64,000 nt of DNA from Geosiphon pyriformis uo1 (Eukaryota; Fungi; Glomeromycota). The notes beneath the pieces are model-generated. The model ran no database searches, was not told where the DNA came from, and worked only from the letters and a program-made list of their open reading frames with translations. The translations under genes were made by a program, and so were the position numbers. Positions 27,154 through 39,870 of the stretch are shown in pieces. How positions within the stretch are numbered: the stretch's first letter is position 1; every line of letters starts with the position of its first letter. The stretch is from assembly GCA_016748015.1 (NCBI GenBank), contig JAAOMT010000591.1, positions 385,532 through 449,531 on the forward strand, given 5' to 3'.

Positions 27154-30100
27154 AATATCTTTCACGAATCAGCTTAGAAGATATGATTATAAGTTATTAT
27201 AACATTTTACCAGCTTCACTTTCTAGGTTTACAAATTGCCATTGAAATAATCCAGGTTCATTTTGTGAATTGAATTTGGTCAAAAATAGATAATCTTAAA
27301 TTTCAGTGATTGAATATTCAATTATTTAATTGTATCATTAAAAATCTTAAAATTCGATTCCTTAAAAATGTTTTTTTTTATTTATTTATTATTAAGTATA
27401 AAAATTTCTTTTTGATAACAATTGCTAATAACTATAACAAAATTGGTTAAAATATCAGATTAAAGCAAAAAATTTAAAAATAAATTTATAAATATAATAA
27501 TAATTAAAACAAGTAATATTTGTTAAATATAATGTTTAATTAAAATTTATAAAATTAAAAAATTAACACATATAATATTATATATTTCAAATTTAATTGG
27601 CTTAAATGGCTAATTATGTATGACAAATACATAAACTGTATTTGTTATAAAATATATATATATTGTATATTGCGTTTAAAGCAGTAAAAAATTAAATAAT
27701 TTTTTTGAAATACTTAAAAAAAAAATTATTAATGTTTTTAAACCATATTAACTATCTTAAATTTTGATTTTTTAAAAATAAGACTTTGGTTTTTTTGATG
27801 TTTTACTAATTTTCCATTATTAATATTAATTATAATGCTTAATTTTATTTTAATTATAAACAATAATTTGTTTTAAATAATAATAATAATAACATATTTG
27901 CCAAATTTAATTTAATATTGTTAATATAATAAATTTGATTGGTTTTAAAATTTAAACAAGTTATATTTTAATATGCAATTTTATTTAATTATAAAAATTG
28001 GGTTAATAAAATAAAAACTAAAGCATTTTTTTTTGTTTTTTAAAAACACTATTGGTTTTAAAAGCAATTAAAAAATAATTATTAATTATTAAAATTTTTT
28101 AAATAAATGCTTTTTTTAATATTTAATATTATCATAAAAATTAAAATAATTTATATTAAGATTATAATTTAGTTTTTATATGATTTTATTAATATAAAAT
28201 TGGTTATTAAAAATTATTTTAAGTTTTTTTGTATTTTAAATTTTTTTAACTATTGTTATTAATATTAAACTTGTTAAATTTTTATTATTATTTTTACATT
28301 ATAAATTTGGTTTTGTTTTTTTTTTTAGTTTTTATAATGTTTTTTGGAATATTTTACTAATAATATTAAAATACTTTTGAAATTTTTAGTAAAATTATTG
28401 ATATTAAAGTTTATTAATTTGTAATAATATATTATTGTTTATTTTAAAATTATTCTTGTTTGTTAATTAATTTAAAAATAGTTAAAAGTAATACATATAA
28501 CAAATTAATAATTTAACAGTTATAAAAAGTAATTTAATATTATAATAGCTTAATAAAAAAAGAAAATATCTTTTAAAATTAATTTTATTAAAAATTATTA
28601 ACTTATTAGAAGAATAAAAAATAATATTAAACTTTATAAATTATAATTAAATAATATAAATTAAACCAAATACAGTTAAAAACAATTTATGCTATACAAA
28701 TAAAAAACCATAAATAAAAATATTAATATTAATATTAATATTTAATAAGCTTTAATATTTCTGTTTTTTATAAAAAAAGCTTTTTACAAGTAAACTGCTT
28801 AAAAAAAACTAGCAAAAAAATTTTAGATATTGTAAAAACTTTTAAAATTAATAAAAATTTTTAAAAACTAATATTTTATAATAAATACTAAAAGTTATAT
28901 TGTTTTAAATTATTTATTATAATATTTAAATTTATTGTTATATTTAATATAAAAAAATACTAATAATTAAATTAGTTTGATAATTATTGATTATATTATT
29001 ATTAAATAATTAATCTAAAAAAAGTATTAATGTTTTAATAAATAACTTTATAATATTGTATTTTTATAGTCATATTTATTTAAATAAAATATTTAATAAG
29101 TTATTTTTTTATGTTTCGGTTTTTTTATTGTATAATTAAATTAATACTTAATAATTTGTTATTAAGAATTTGATATATTAAAATAAAATTAATTATACTA
29201 TTTTTTTAATAATTATATAATAATTATATAATTTTTTTTGGTTAAATTAAGAATTGTATTATCAACTATTTTTATTTTTTTGGTATAAAATAAAATTAAG
29301 TATTATATTAATATATATTAATATAAAAGATAAATAATTTATTTAAATCAAATTATTTAAAAAGTAGTTTAATAATAAGTTTTTTAAGATTTTAAAAACT
29401 TTTTTGCTAATAAGTATATTAATAATAATTGATATTTTTTTAAAAAATAATAAAATAAAAAAACAATTTTGGAAAGATTTTGGAAAAATTTCTTATAATA
29501 AATAATTAAATTAAAAAAAATATAACTATATTTATTATTTGCTTAATTAATTAAATTTTTTTGATTTTGGCTAAATTAAAAATACTATTTTTTATAATAA
29601 AATATCTAAATAATTAAATAAAATTAATTTTGAGATTTATTTTGAAATTTGTATTTCTTAAAAGAATAAAAAAATTTTATAAATATTTATTAATTCAAAA
29701 AACATAACTGTAAATTTATATGTATTATATTAAATAATAAAAGTAGTTTATAACGATTTTTAAAATCTATTTATACTTATTAAAATTTAGTAATTAAAAG
29801 AAAAATATCATTTTTAAATTTGTTTAAACTATTTTCAATTATTAAAAAAAGATATAAACTTTTTTAATAATAGTAATTAATTCATAATAATTAATATAAA
29901 AATATAAAATTTATTTTTAAAAATTATTATTATTAAAAAAGTTAATTTATTCTTGGTTTTTTAAATAAACTCTAATTTTTTTTGATTTTTTTTTTGATTA
30001 ATTTATTATTATAATAATAAAACCAATATATTTTTAAATAAATAAAATCTTTTTTTTTATGGTTTTAATAAAATATTTAATTAGATTTTTTTATGTATTA

Positions 30101-32779
30101 ATAAAATATAATTCTATTATTAATTATAATATAAAATTTAAAATTTTCAAAATAATTGTAATTTATATATTTTTTATAGTATTTTAAAAACTAAATTAAA
30201 TTAAATTTATACAAAAAAACTTATTCAAAAAAAATATTTGTGTAAAGTTATAGTTAAAATATTATTAAAAAAATAAATTGGTTTATTTATAAAACAATAT
30301 TATTAATTTATTAATAATTTTATTATTTACAAAAAAATTTAATAATATATTAAATATATTATTTTTAAGCAAAAAATTTAATTCATATTTTATTTTAAGA
30401 TTTATTATTTTTTTATATAAATTACTAATTATATAATTAAATAGATTAATATTTTGGTTAATTACAAGAATTTTATTATTAAACTCGATTTTTAAAAAAG
30501 TAAAAACACCAATTAACTTAATAATTAAAGTAATTAAAACATTAATAGATTTAACAACAAACTTAATTAATAAAATTAATTCAAATTTTAAGAAAATTAA
30601 CTTAAAATTAATTAAAAAATTTATAATAGCAATAATAACAAAAACAGCCAAAAAAACAACAACAAAAAAAGCAATAAAACAAAAACTTAACATAGAATTT
30701 GGTATTAATAAAACAAAATTTAAAAACTTTAAAATTATTTGTAAACTTAAAAAAATTTTATAATTAATAGCCAAATAATTTAAACTCTAATACTTAAAAC
30801 ATTGCTAATAGTCAAAGTTTTTTTATTAAATACAATACTTTTTTAAAATACTAGTTTTTATAATTATAGCTTTCAAATTATTACAAATACCAAAATAATA
30901 ATAATATATTGTAGTTACTAAACAAAATTAAAAAATAAAAAATAAAACAAATATAATTACTAATTTAAAAAACCAAATTATTAATTTCAAAAGCAATACA
31001 GCCAAAAAAAAATTAATCAATTTGGTTTTAAACATATTATAAAAAAAATTTTTTTTTAATTTGTAAAAAGATAATTTTTATGTTGTTTTTATTATTAAAT
31101 TAATTAACAAACAAAAACGGCTATAATTACACCAAAAAATTTAAAATACATAATAACATATTATAAATACTAAAAAATTTTAAAACAATTTAAATAACTT
31201 TATTAAAAACATTAAAAACTATTTTAATATTAGCAACAAACATATTTTAAAACATATTATACAGAATAATAATAACAAAAAAAATGTAAATTCAGAAATC
31301 ATCATAAATTTAATAATTTTAAAAATAAAAAAAATAAAATCAACAAGTTTAATTTATAATTTTTTAAAAAGTAATAGCAATATATTTTTTTTATATATAA
31401 TAATTTTTGTTTAAATTTTAATATTTAATAAATATATAAATAAAGAATATATATACAAAAATTTAATATTTAGTATGTCTTTTTTTTATATTAATACAAT
31501 CTTAAATTTGATTTTATATATTAGTAATACAGTTAAAAATAGTCTTATTAAACAAATTATTCTGTTTTTTTTTCGATTATTGTAATAAAAATTATCTAAA
31601 AAATATTTTTTTTTGTGTATTATTATTATTTTAACGTTTTTTTAATATTTTGTTTAAGAATAATTCAAATATTCTTAATTAAATTAAGATTTAAACTATA
31701 TAATAACTAAGATAAAATGTAATTTGGCAATTGTATCTTAAAATCTGTGTAAATGGTTTTTAAAGTATGTTTTAAATTATTATCATATTTGAAAATTCAA
31801 TATTATTATCTATATATACTAATTGTATTATAATATAAATTTTTATTAAAAATTTTATAATAAAAATATTAGTTTATATTTTCTATAAAAATATATATTT
31901 CAATTTTTCTATATACACAAATGTTTTTTATATATAAAGTTAAATAAATGTTTTACTATTAATATAATAGATTTATTTAAATAAAATTAAGCCAATATTT
32001 CGAAATATTTATAAAATTATTTTATTTAAAAATACTATTTTTGCACTAATTATTATTAAAATATTTTTAAGTTCATATTAATTGGTTTTGTTTAACTTGT
32101 ATAGTATATAAAAATATATATTTTGATAAAACAACTATATAATTAAGCCTAAAAAGTTTATTATAAATAGTCTATTTACTTATTTTAATCTTAAGATATG
32201 TTTTTGTAAGTTATGTCTTAATTTTAATTGTTGTAGTAAAATGATTTTAATTTACAATTTTTTTAATTTGGTAACACATTTTTAGTAAAGTTTTTTGTGA
32301 ATGATTTGAATAATAAATTACTCGAATTTGACTATTTTAATAATATTGTCTTATATATTATTTACAAAAGCAAAGAAAAATATTAGTTTTTCGAAATATT
32401 TTAATTAAAGTTTAATAATTTTATTGTTAAAATCTCTTAATAACTTTATAATTAAATTTTACAGAAATATTTTTTATTATAAAAAATAAAATATGTTATT
32501 GATTAAAACAATTTTGTTTTAAAAAATAAAAACAATAGTATTAAATATATATACATATAAATTATAACTTAAAATATCTTAACAATAGCTAATTAAATAA
32601 TAATAAAAATTATATACTGCAAAAATTACTTTACTATTGTTTTTCAAAAGTACTGTAAAAAACAATATTTTTTTATCTTTTTTTAAACCATTAATTTTAT
32701 TACTAGAAAAATTTAATCTTGAAGTAACTGTACTATATTTTATTAGACAGAAAAATTTTTTAAAAAAAAAATAATATAA

Positions 32780-35025
32780 CATATATATATGGCTTAAAAA
32801 AGTAGAAAAAATTGTTCAAGTAAATAATTAAAACATACAAAAAACAATCTAAGCACTACTTTTTTTTTGAAAAAAATTATTAGTATTAGAGTTTAAAAAA
32901 AACCTATTGGTTTTATTTAATTTAAAAACTTAATTTTAAAATATTTTATTAATTCAAATACTATAATACAATTCTAAATAATATTATTAAGTAAAGCATA
33001 AATAAAATAGTTACCTAATATTTTAATTTAACCGAATTTATTATTAAATTAAAGTTATAAAAATAAAATATTATACTAATGTTTAGATTTTAAATCAATT
33101 TATTAGAAAATTAAAAAACAGTATTCTAAAAAAAATATGCTTTATTTATCTTAATTTGTTAATAAAAGCTATTATATTTTCTAGAACTTTTAAATCAACT
33201 AAAAAAAATTAATTATAGCCAAATAATTAACATAATAATAAAACAAAATAAAAATATTAGAAAAAAAATAGTTTAATTAAAAAAACAACTCTTTAAAAAA
33301 ATAAAAAGTTATTTTATCTTATATTTAAAAAGAAACAATATATACTAAACATCATAAAAATACAATTAAAGATTTAATGACAACCAATAAAATTAATTAA
33401 TATAACAAAAATATAAAATGAAAATATATGTTTGCTATTATTATAAATATGTAAAATATTTAATTAGCCAATTTTAAGCCAGATAATATTATTAATTATT
33501 ATTATAAAAGATAATAGTTTTACAACTATTTTTTCTTTTAAGTTAAAAAAATAAAACTATTTTTAATAGAGCAGTATTAGACAAAAAATATTTAATTACT
33601 GCTATATATATAGAAATAATAGTAAACAATATCTTAATTAAATTTATTTTAAATAATAAATATACTAAAAGCATTATAATATTTTAATTAATAAACCAAT
33701 TAAGTTTTATAGTTAATTATATCACAATATCTTAAATTATAATAGTTAATAAAAGTATTAAACTATTTTATAATAAAATTAATTTGTTTTTTTTTAAATT
33801 AAATAATATAATAATAATTACAAAAGTATTAATAATAAATATTATACAATATTAAATATTAATAAGCAATAATTAATTGATAAAAGCAAATATTATTTTA
33901 AATTAAACTATTCAAAAAAATTTTATTAATTATAATAATTATTATACAGCTATTTGTAACTGTTTTCAAAAATTTAACAATATTTAAAAATTTACTTTTA
34001 AATACAAAAAAACTCAGTATTGTTAGCAATTAAAACTTATTAATTCTTATAAATTAATAATAATAAAACAAAACTATTAATTATATTAACTTAAATAAGC
34101 AAAAAAAAATTGAATAGAGCTAAATAACCAATTAAAAAAATAATTAACAATCCAGACCAAAGCTAGAATACTCAATATACTATAAAAACGTTTATTTATA
34201 ATAATATATAATACATTAAATAAAAATTCCAGAAGTTTAATTTACTATTATTATAACTATTACATTAAAAAAAAATTATTTAAAAAAACATGATAAATAG
34301 AATTAACAAAAATAAAAACAATATTTTACTTAAATTAACATTTATCTTTACAAAAATTGGCTTATTTTATGCTAAAATCAATATTATAAAAAGTATTAAT
34401 ACAAAAAAAACCTTAAAATTTAAAATTTAACAATACTAAAATTAATTAATAAGTTAATAAAACTTATTTAATAAACTTAAGTTAAAAAATTTGTACCCTA
34501 TACTAACTTAGAACAAAAAATTAATATTTGATACTTTGATAATAAGCACTTAAAAATAAGATTTAAAAGAACTTATTTAACTAATATTAAATTTAATTTA
34601 TAATATCCAAAAAATTAATTCATAATATTATTATTTAGAAGTATTATTAAAATTAATTTAAAAATAATAATTGAAATTTTACCAAAAATAATAGTTTAAA
34701 TAATATTATAATCAAGCTTTGCAAAAAAAAGAAATAAATGTTTAAAGAAAAATAATTAACTTTAAATATACAAAAAATTTAATGGTTTTATTACAAAACA
34801 ATTTAGAAAAACTATATATTATTAAACCTAAAAAAAAAATTACACAAACAATTTTTTTACTATTAATAAAAATTACAAAATTCATATTAATAAAAAATCA
34901 AAAAAAATAATATAAATAATAATAAAAACTTTATAGTTTTGGATCAATAAAAAAAAAATTAAAACAAATTTAATTAAAACAACAAAAAAAATATTAATTA
35001 ATTAAAATTAAACAGCTTATTATGC
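32780..35025 (+). mobile_element. Heavily mutated Gypsy element: gag, aspartic protease, dUTPase; truncated by a later insertion
   Basis: gag: IWLKKVEKIVQVNN*N and *ILNQFIRKLK (WL...EKA..ANxW; QILDQFIRGL). Protease near 33595-33760: ITAIY...IKFILNNKYTKSII (LILDSGSAGSII). dUTPase motifs at ~34520-34960. Reconstructed by reversing C->T/G->A changes. Confidence 0.7.
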
Positions 35026-38000
35026 TATTACAGATAAGGTTAATGAGACATTGTAGTAATATTTAGTGTTCTAAATTTAGATAATAAAAGCTTAAAAGTC
35101 TCTATTTTAAATACTTAAAATAAGTTGTTTAATATTAGTCTTTGAAAGTTTTTTGCTAATTTTACTCATAAAGTTCTTTAGTTATAAGCACAAAAAAGTA
35201 TTCAGCTATTTATAGTTTAAGTGTGTAAGCTATTTTTTTCAAGCTAGTTGAGTATAGTCACTAAAATCTAATAATGTCTTTTTACTCTTTTGGTAAGTTA
35301 ACAAAATAATGTTAATATCTAATTCTAAAAAGAGCTTCCTTTTTTTACCAGACTATTACAAAGTCTATTTTTAGATAGTTAATTTTGCAATGTTGTCATT
35401 CCACAAAAAAAAAAAAAGAAATAAAAGAAATTAGTATTGTTAATTACTGTAATCAAGAGCAATTGGTTTAAGTTGTTATTTGTTCAAGACATTTTATGCT
35501 AAGAACATCTGGCCAAGAACAAAAGTAAAAGAATAAATAATTTGGTTTAAATATAAGATTCAGAAATTATAAATAAATGATTTTTGGTTTTAATAATTTC
35601 TTTATTTAAGATAATGTAAATATATAAATAAGATAGATCTAATAGATATAAGTAAAAAATATATTTTTTATCTGATTATTTTTTGTTGTTCTTTTTTTAC
35701 TGTTAAATTTACTTATTTTTATATATATTTTTAGTTTTACAAACTTGTTTTTTGATTGTTTGTTATTATTAGTTATTGTTTGTTATTTCTGTTGTTGCTT
35801 TGTTTTTTTATACTGTAACTAATTATTTTATATTATAGTTAATTATTTTGTGTTATTTTGTATTATTACATTTTTTTATGTTATTATGTTTTTTAATCAC
35901 GTTTTTTTAATATCTTTTGAATTTGTTTTTTCTACTTAGGTAATATTATCTTTTTTTTTAGAATTGAGCTTTTGCAAAATTATATATATTTGCAAAAATT
36001 GTTTTTTAGTATAGTGTTCAATTATTGTATTAAGTATTGCTTTTTGTAGATCTTTAAACTGTGTATTAGTTATTTGTTTTATACTGTTAACTATAATAGT
36101 TTTTAGTATATTATCTAACAGTATAGCTGAACAGTATTTAAAGACTGTATACAATTAGTAGTTGCTTTATAGTGTAATGTTAAGTTGTTTTTTTTTATGA
36201 ATTCTTTTACTTATTTGATAACTTCTTTGTTGAAGATTTGTCTGTTGAGATTTTTATATAGTGTCTTTAATTTTAGTTGTCCACCAATTTTAAAAAACCA
36301 GTAGACTAGTAAAAGTTTTTTTTTCTATTCTCTAATATTTTTTGGTGTCTATTCTTTTATGTTAAGTAGTTTAATTTTCTAAAAAAAACCTTGTTGGATT
36401 TTTTTTTATATTAGAGACCACATATCTTTTTTTTTAAATTATTTATAGGAATAAAAACACTTAATTTAGTTGAACTTTTGCCCATTGTTACCAGACAAAA
36501 TTAGAGATATTATTTAGCATGAAATTATCTTTATAATTCCTATCATTAATTAGCATATATTATTATTCAAATTATCACTTATTACATTAGCAAAATGTCC
36601 AAAATTATCATTTAATTAATAACCCAATTTGCACATAACATAAATGTAACCTAATTACAATGATCAATCATGCAATACCCCGAACTATGTAACATTCAAA
36701 AAGTTTGCTGAAATTTGTAGAAATTTGCCAAAATAATTAATAGTTTACTGAAATATCTAATAGTTTGCAGAAATAACTTGTAGTTTGCCAAAATATATCT
36801 TTAGTTCAGCGAAATTGTAGAAAAGAGCAAAGTTCAAGTTCATAAAATAGTGTTATGACAAGTTGTATAAAAAAAAAGCTTCTCTCTTCGAGAAAATGTA
36901 TCTTACTTTAGATTTATCACTTAGAACTATTCCTACACACACAAAAAGAAATAAATATCAAATAATTCAAAAAACCAAATTTTTTAAATATTACACTTGG
37001 AAAATCTCCAAAACCCAACTAACATTTCGAAATTAATTAGCTACCAATTTCAGTAAACTGTTAGTGACTTCAGGCCTGGATAGAAAACACTTCTCTTGAT
37101 AAAATTCTATTTCTTTTACATTTCTTTTATTTTTTTTTTCTTTTCTTATTACAATCATTAAGGTAGTCTACAGACAAGATTCCTGTAGAAGAGTTGACTT
37201 TCACAGTAAAGTAACTACACATTTTTAGTAAGCTTCCAGACGAGCAATTCCTGGGAAAGAGTTGACATTTACTACAACGTAACTACACAAGTAACTGGCA
37301 TGGAATTGGCTATTCCACTTATAAACCCAGCAGTTCAAATTATAGGAGATAATTTGAAGATAAATTCAGTTATCGGAGGTTCAAACACTTCCTATAGTTG
37401 TGAATTAACAGCATTACAATGAACATACAAGAGCTAAGAAGAGACCAAAAACCTCTGATAATACCATTCTTTTTTTGCATAAATTTCTGTATCATATTTT
37501 TTTATTATTAATTGTAATTTCTATTGGTATTGTGAATTGTTGAATGGTTTTAAATAATTGTTTTAAAAGTTTTAAAATTTGATTTAAAAAGTCTATGTTG
37601 AAAGTTCTATTGTCTTTTTTTTTGCTGTTTTGGTTTTTATATATACTTAAATTTGTGATTTAATTTATTATTAATAAACTATATTTTAATAACAATAATT
37701 GGTTTTAGATCTTGTGATATATTTTTTGGTCTGATTAATATAATTTGTATTTCTAGTTAAGATACAAATAATGATGACTCTTGATTGATATGATAAATTT
37801 TTAGTCGATTTTTATGCACTATTTTTTTTAAAATTTTGTTCTCTGATTATAATTTGTATACTTTATTGCCTAAAACTTTGTGTATATAAAATGATTCATC
37901 TCATTTTGGATCAAATTTTCAATTTTATTGTTTTTTAGCTTTAGTATGATGTAATAATACTCTGTTTTTAATCTTAAATTTAGCTAGTTGGTTGGATAAG

Positions 38001-38270
38001 CAATTATTATGTATCTTTTTTTGTTATTTCTGAGTATTATTAATATTGTTAGCTGTTATTCTATAATTGTTTTCTAATGTTTCTATTAGTTGGTATGTTT
38101 TTTGATATAAAGTAGCTTCAAAATTCTCTTTAGTAATTAATTTTGTTGAAAAAGAAGATATTTTTTATTCAATAAGTAGAATGGCTTATCTTTTATAAAC
38201 TAGTTCAAATAGTATAAACTGATTAGTATTTTGCTTTAGTATTTAATATACAAATAATACAGAAGGTATG
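35026..38270 (-). mobile_element. Second copy of the Gypsy 3' region seen at 418-2782 (integrase C-terminus, extra ORF, 3' LTR at 35026-35945)
   Basis: The reverse complement aligns colinearly with 418-2782. ORF 35936-36154 (VFKYCSAILLD..FKDLQKAILNT) matches ORF 1547-1732. Interrupted by the solo LTR at 36486-37463. Confidence 0.92.
36486..37463 (+). mobile_element. Solo LTR (family A, 978 bp)
   Basis: Termini TGTTACCAGA...TCTGATAATA; perfect TSD CCAT (36482-36485 / 37464-37467). The empty site is visible in the paralog near 1220. Confidence 0.93.
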
Positions 38271-39146
38271 AATAAAAAAACAATAAAATAAAAAATATAA
38301 TTATAAATAAAATAGACTATTTTATATATATAGACTTTTAAAAAATAAATATATAAGTTAAAACTAAATAATAAAGTTTTAAAAAAAGTTATACATAATA
38401 ATAAACCAATTTTAAATTTTTAATTTCACAAATTAGTATATAATTTTTTTTAATTAATTCAAAAAATAATTCTTAAAACTTAAAATTTTTATATTTTTTT
38501 AGAAAAATAAAAAAAATTATTAAAATTATTTCTTAACTTATTTATAATAATTATTAAAAATTAAATTAATTATATTTAAAAAAATTTATTATAACTTTAA
38601 TAATAAATTTACAAAATTATTACTTTTATAAAAGAAACACAAAAAATTATTTTGAAATTTACTTATTAAAAATTTTAAAACAAGCTTTAAAAAAAACTTA
38701 TTATTTATTTGTATTAATATTTCTCCAATATTACAATTTAATAAAAACTTTAATTGTATTTTAATAAACAAAACAATAAATATACACTAATTTATAAATA
38801 TTTTATATAAAAAAAGCATTTTATAAAAAAAACTGGAATTTAAAACAACAAATTTTATTTTAAAAGTTATTTAAAAGCAAATACATAACAAATTCAAAAT
38901 AATAATTAGATTAACATTTATTACAAAATTAAAGTTACTTAAAGACTTTATAATCTATTTTATATTTGTAAAAATATTTTATAAAATTTAGTTTTATAAT
39001 TTTTAAAGATTTAATATATTAAAAAGCTTATAAAATTAAAATTTTAACAATTTTTAAACCAAATTGTTTTAATAATCTTAGATAATTATTTAGAATTACA
39101 GATAATATTTGGATTTTAATAAAATTTAGTTTTAAAAAAAAGATTA

Positions 39147-39870
39147 TATTATTAATAAAAATTTTAAATTATTTATTATTACAAAATTATTCTTATAATT
39201 TTTAACATATATTATTATTTTAATTTATTATTTATTATTTTATTAAATTATTAAATATTATTATTTAATTAATAATTTAATTTGTACAATATACAAATAT
39301 AACTAATTGTAATAATAAAATTATGTAATACTTTAAACTATATAATATTCAAAAATTTGCCAAAATATTTAAAAATTTAATAAAAAATTTAATAGTTTAT
39401 TAAAATAATTAATGATTTATAAAAATAATTTGTAATTTGCCAAAATATATTTTTAATTTACCAAAATATTAACAAAAAAAAGTGCTAAATTATAAAATAA
39501 TATTACAATAAATTGTATAAAAAAAAGCTTTTTTTTTAAAAAAAAAAAATTTTTAAAATTTTAATTTAGAATAACCAATTAATTACTGCAAATTAATTCA
39601 AATAAATTTATGTTTTGAAAACCAATAAATTTTTTTATAATTATTATTGTTTAAAACTCAAAATTTTAATTAATATTTTAAAATTAATTAATTACCAATT
39701 TTAATAATTACTTAATTAATTTTAAATTTAAATTAAAAACATTTTTTTATTTTTTATATTTAAGTAGCTTATAATTAAGACATTTTGTAAAAATATTGAT
39801 TTTTATAGCAAAATAACTATATATTATTAAAAAGTTTACAAACAAGAATTTTTGTAAAAAAGTTGAATTA
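39147..39870 (+). mobile_element. Third, near-saturated copy of the family A LTR (3'-truncated)
   Basis: Colinear with 36486-37265 (TTTGCCAAAATATAT, GTATAAAAAAAAGCTT, TACCAATTT, AGTTGA), with nearly all other C/G converted to T/A. Confidence 0.8.
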
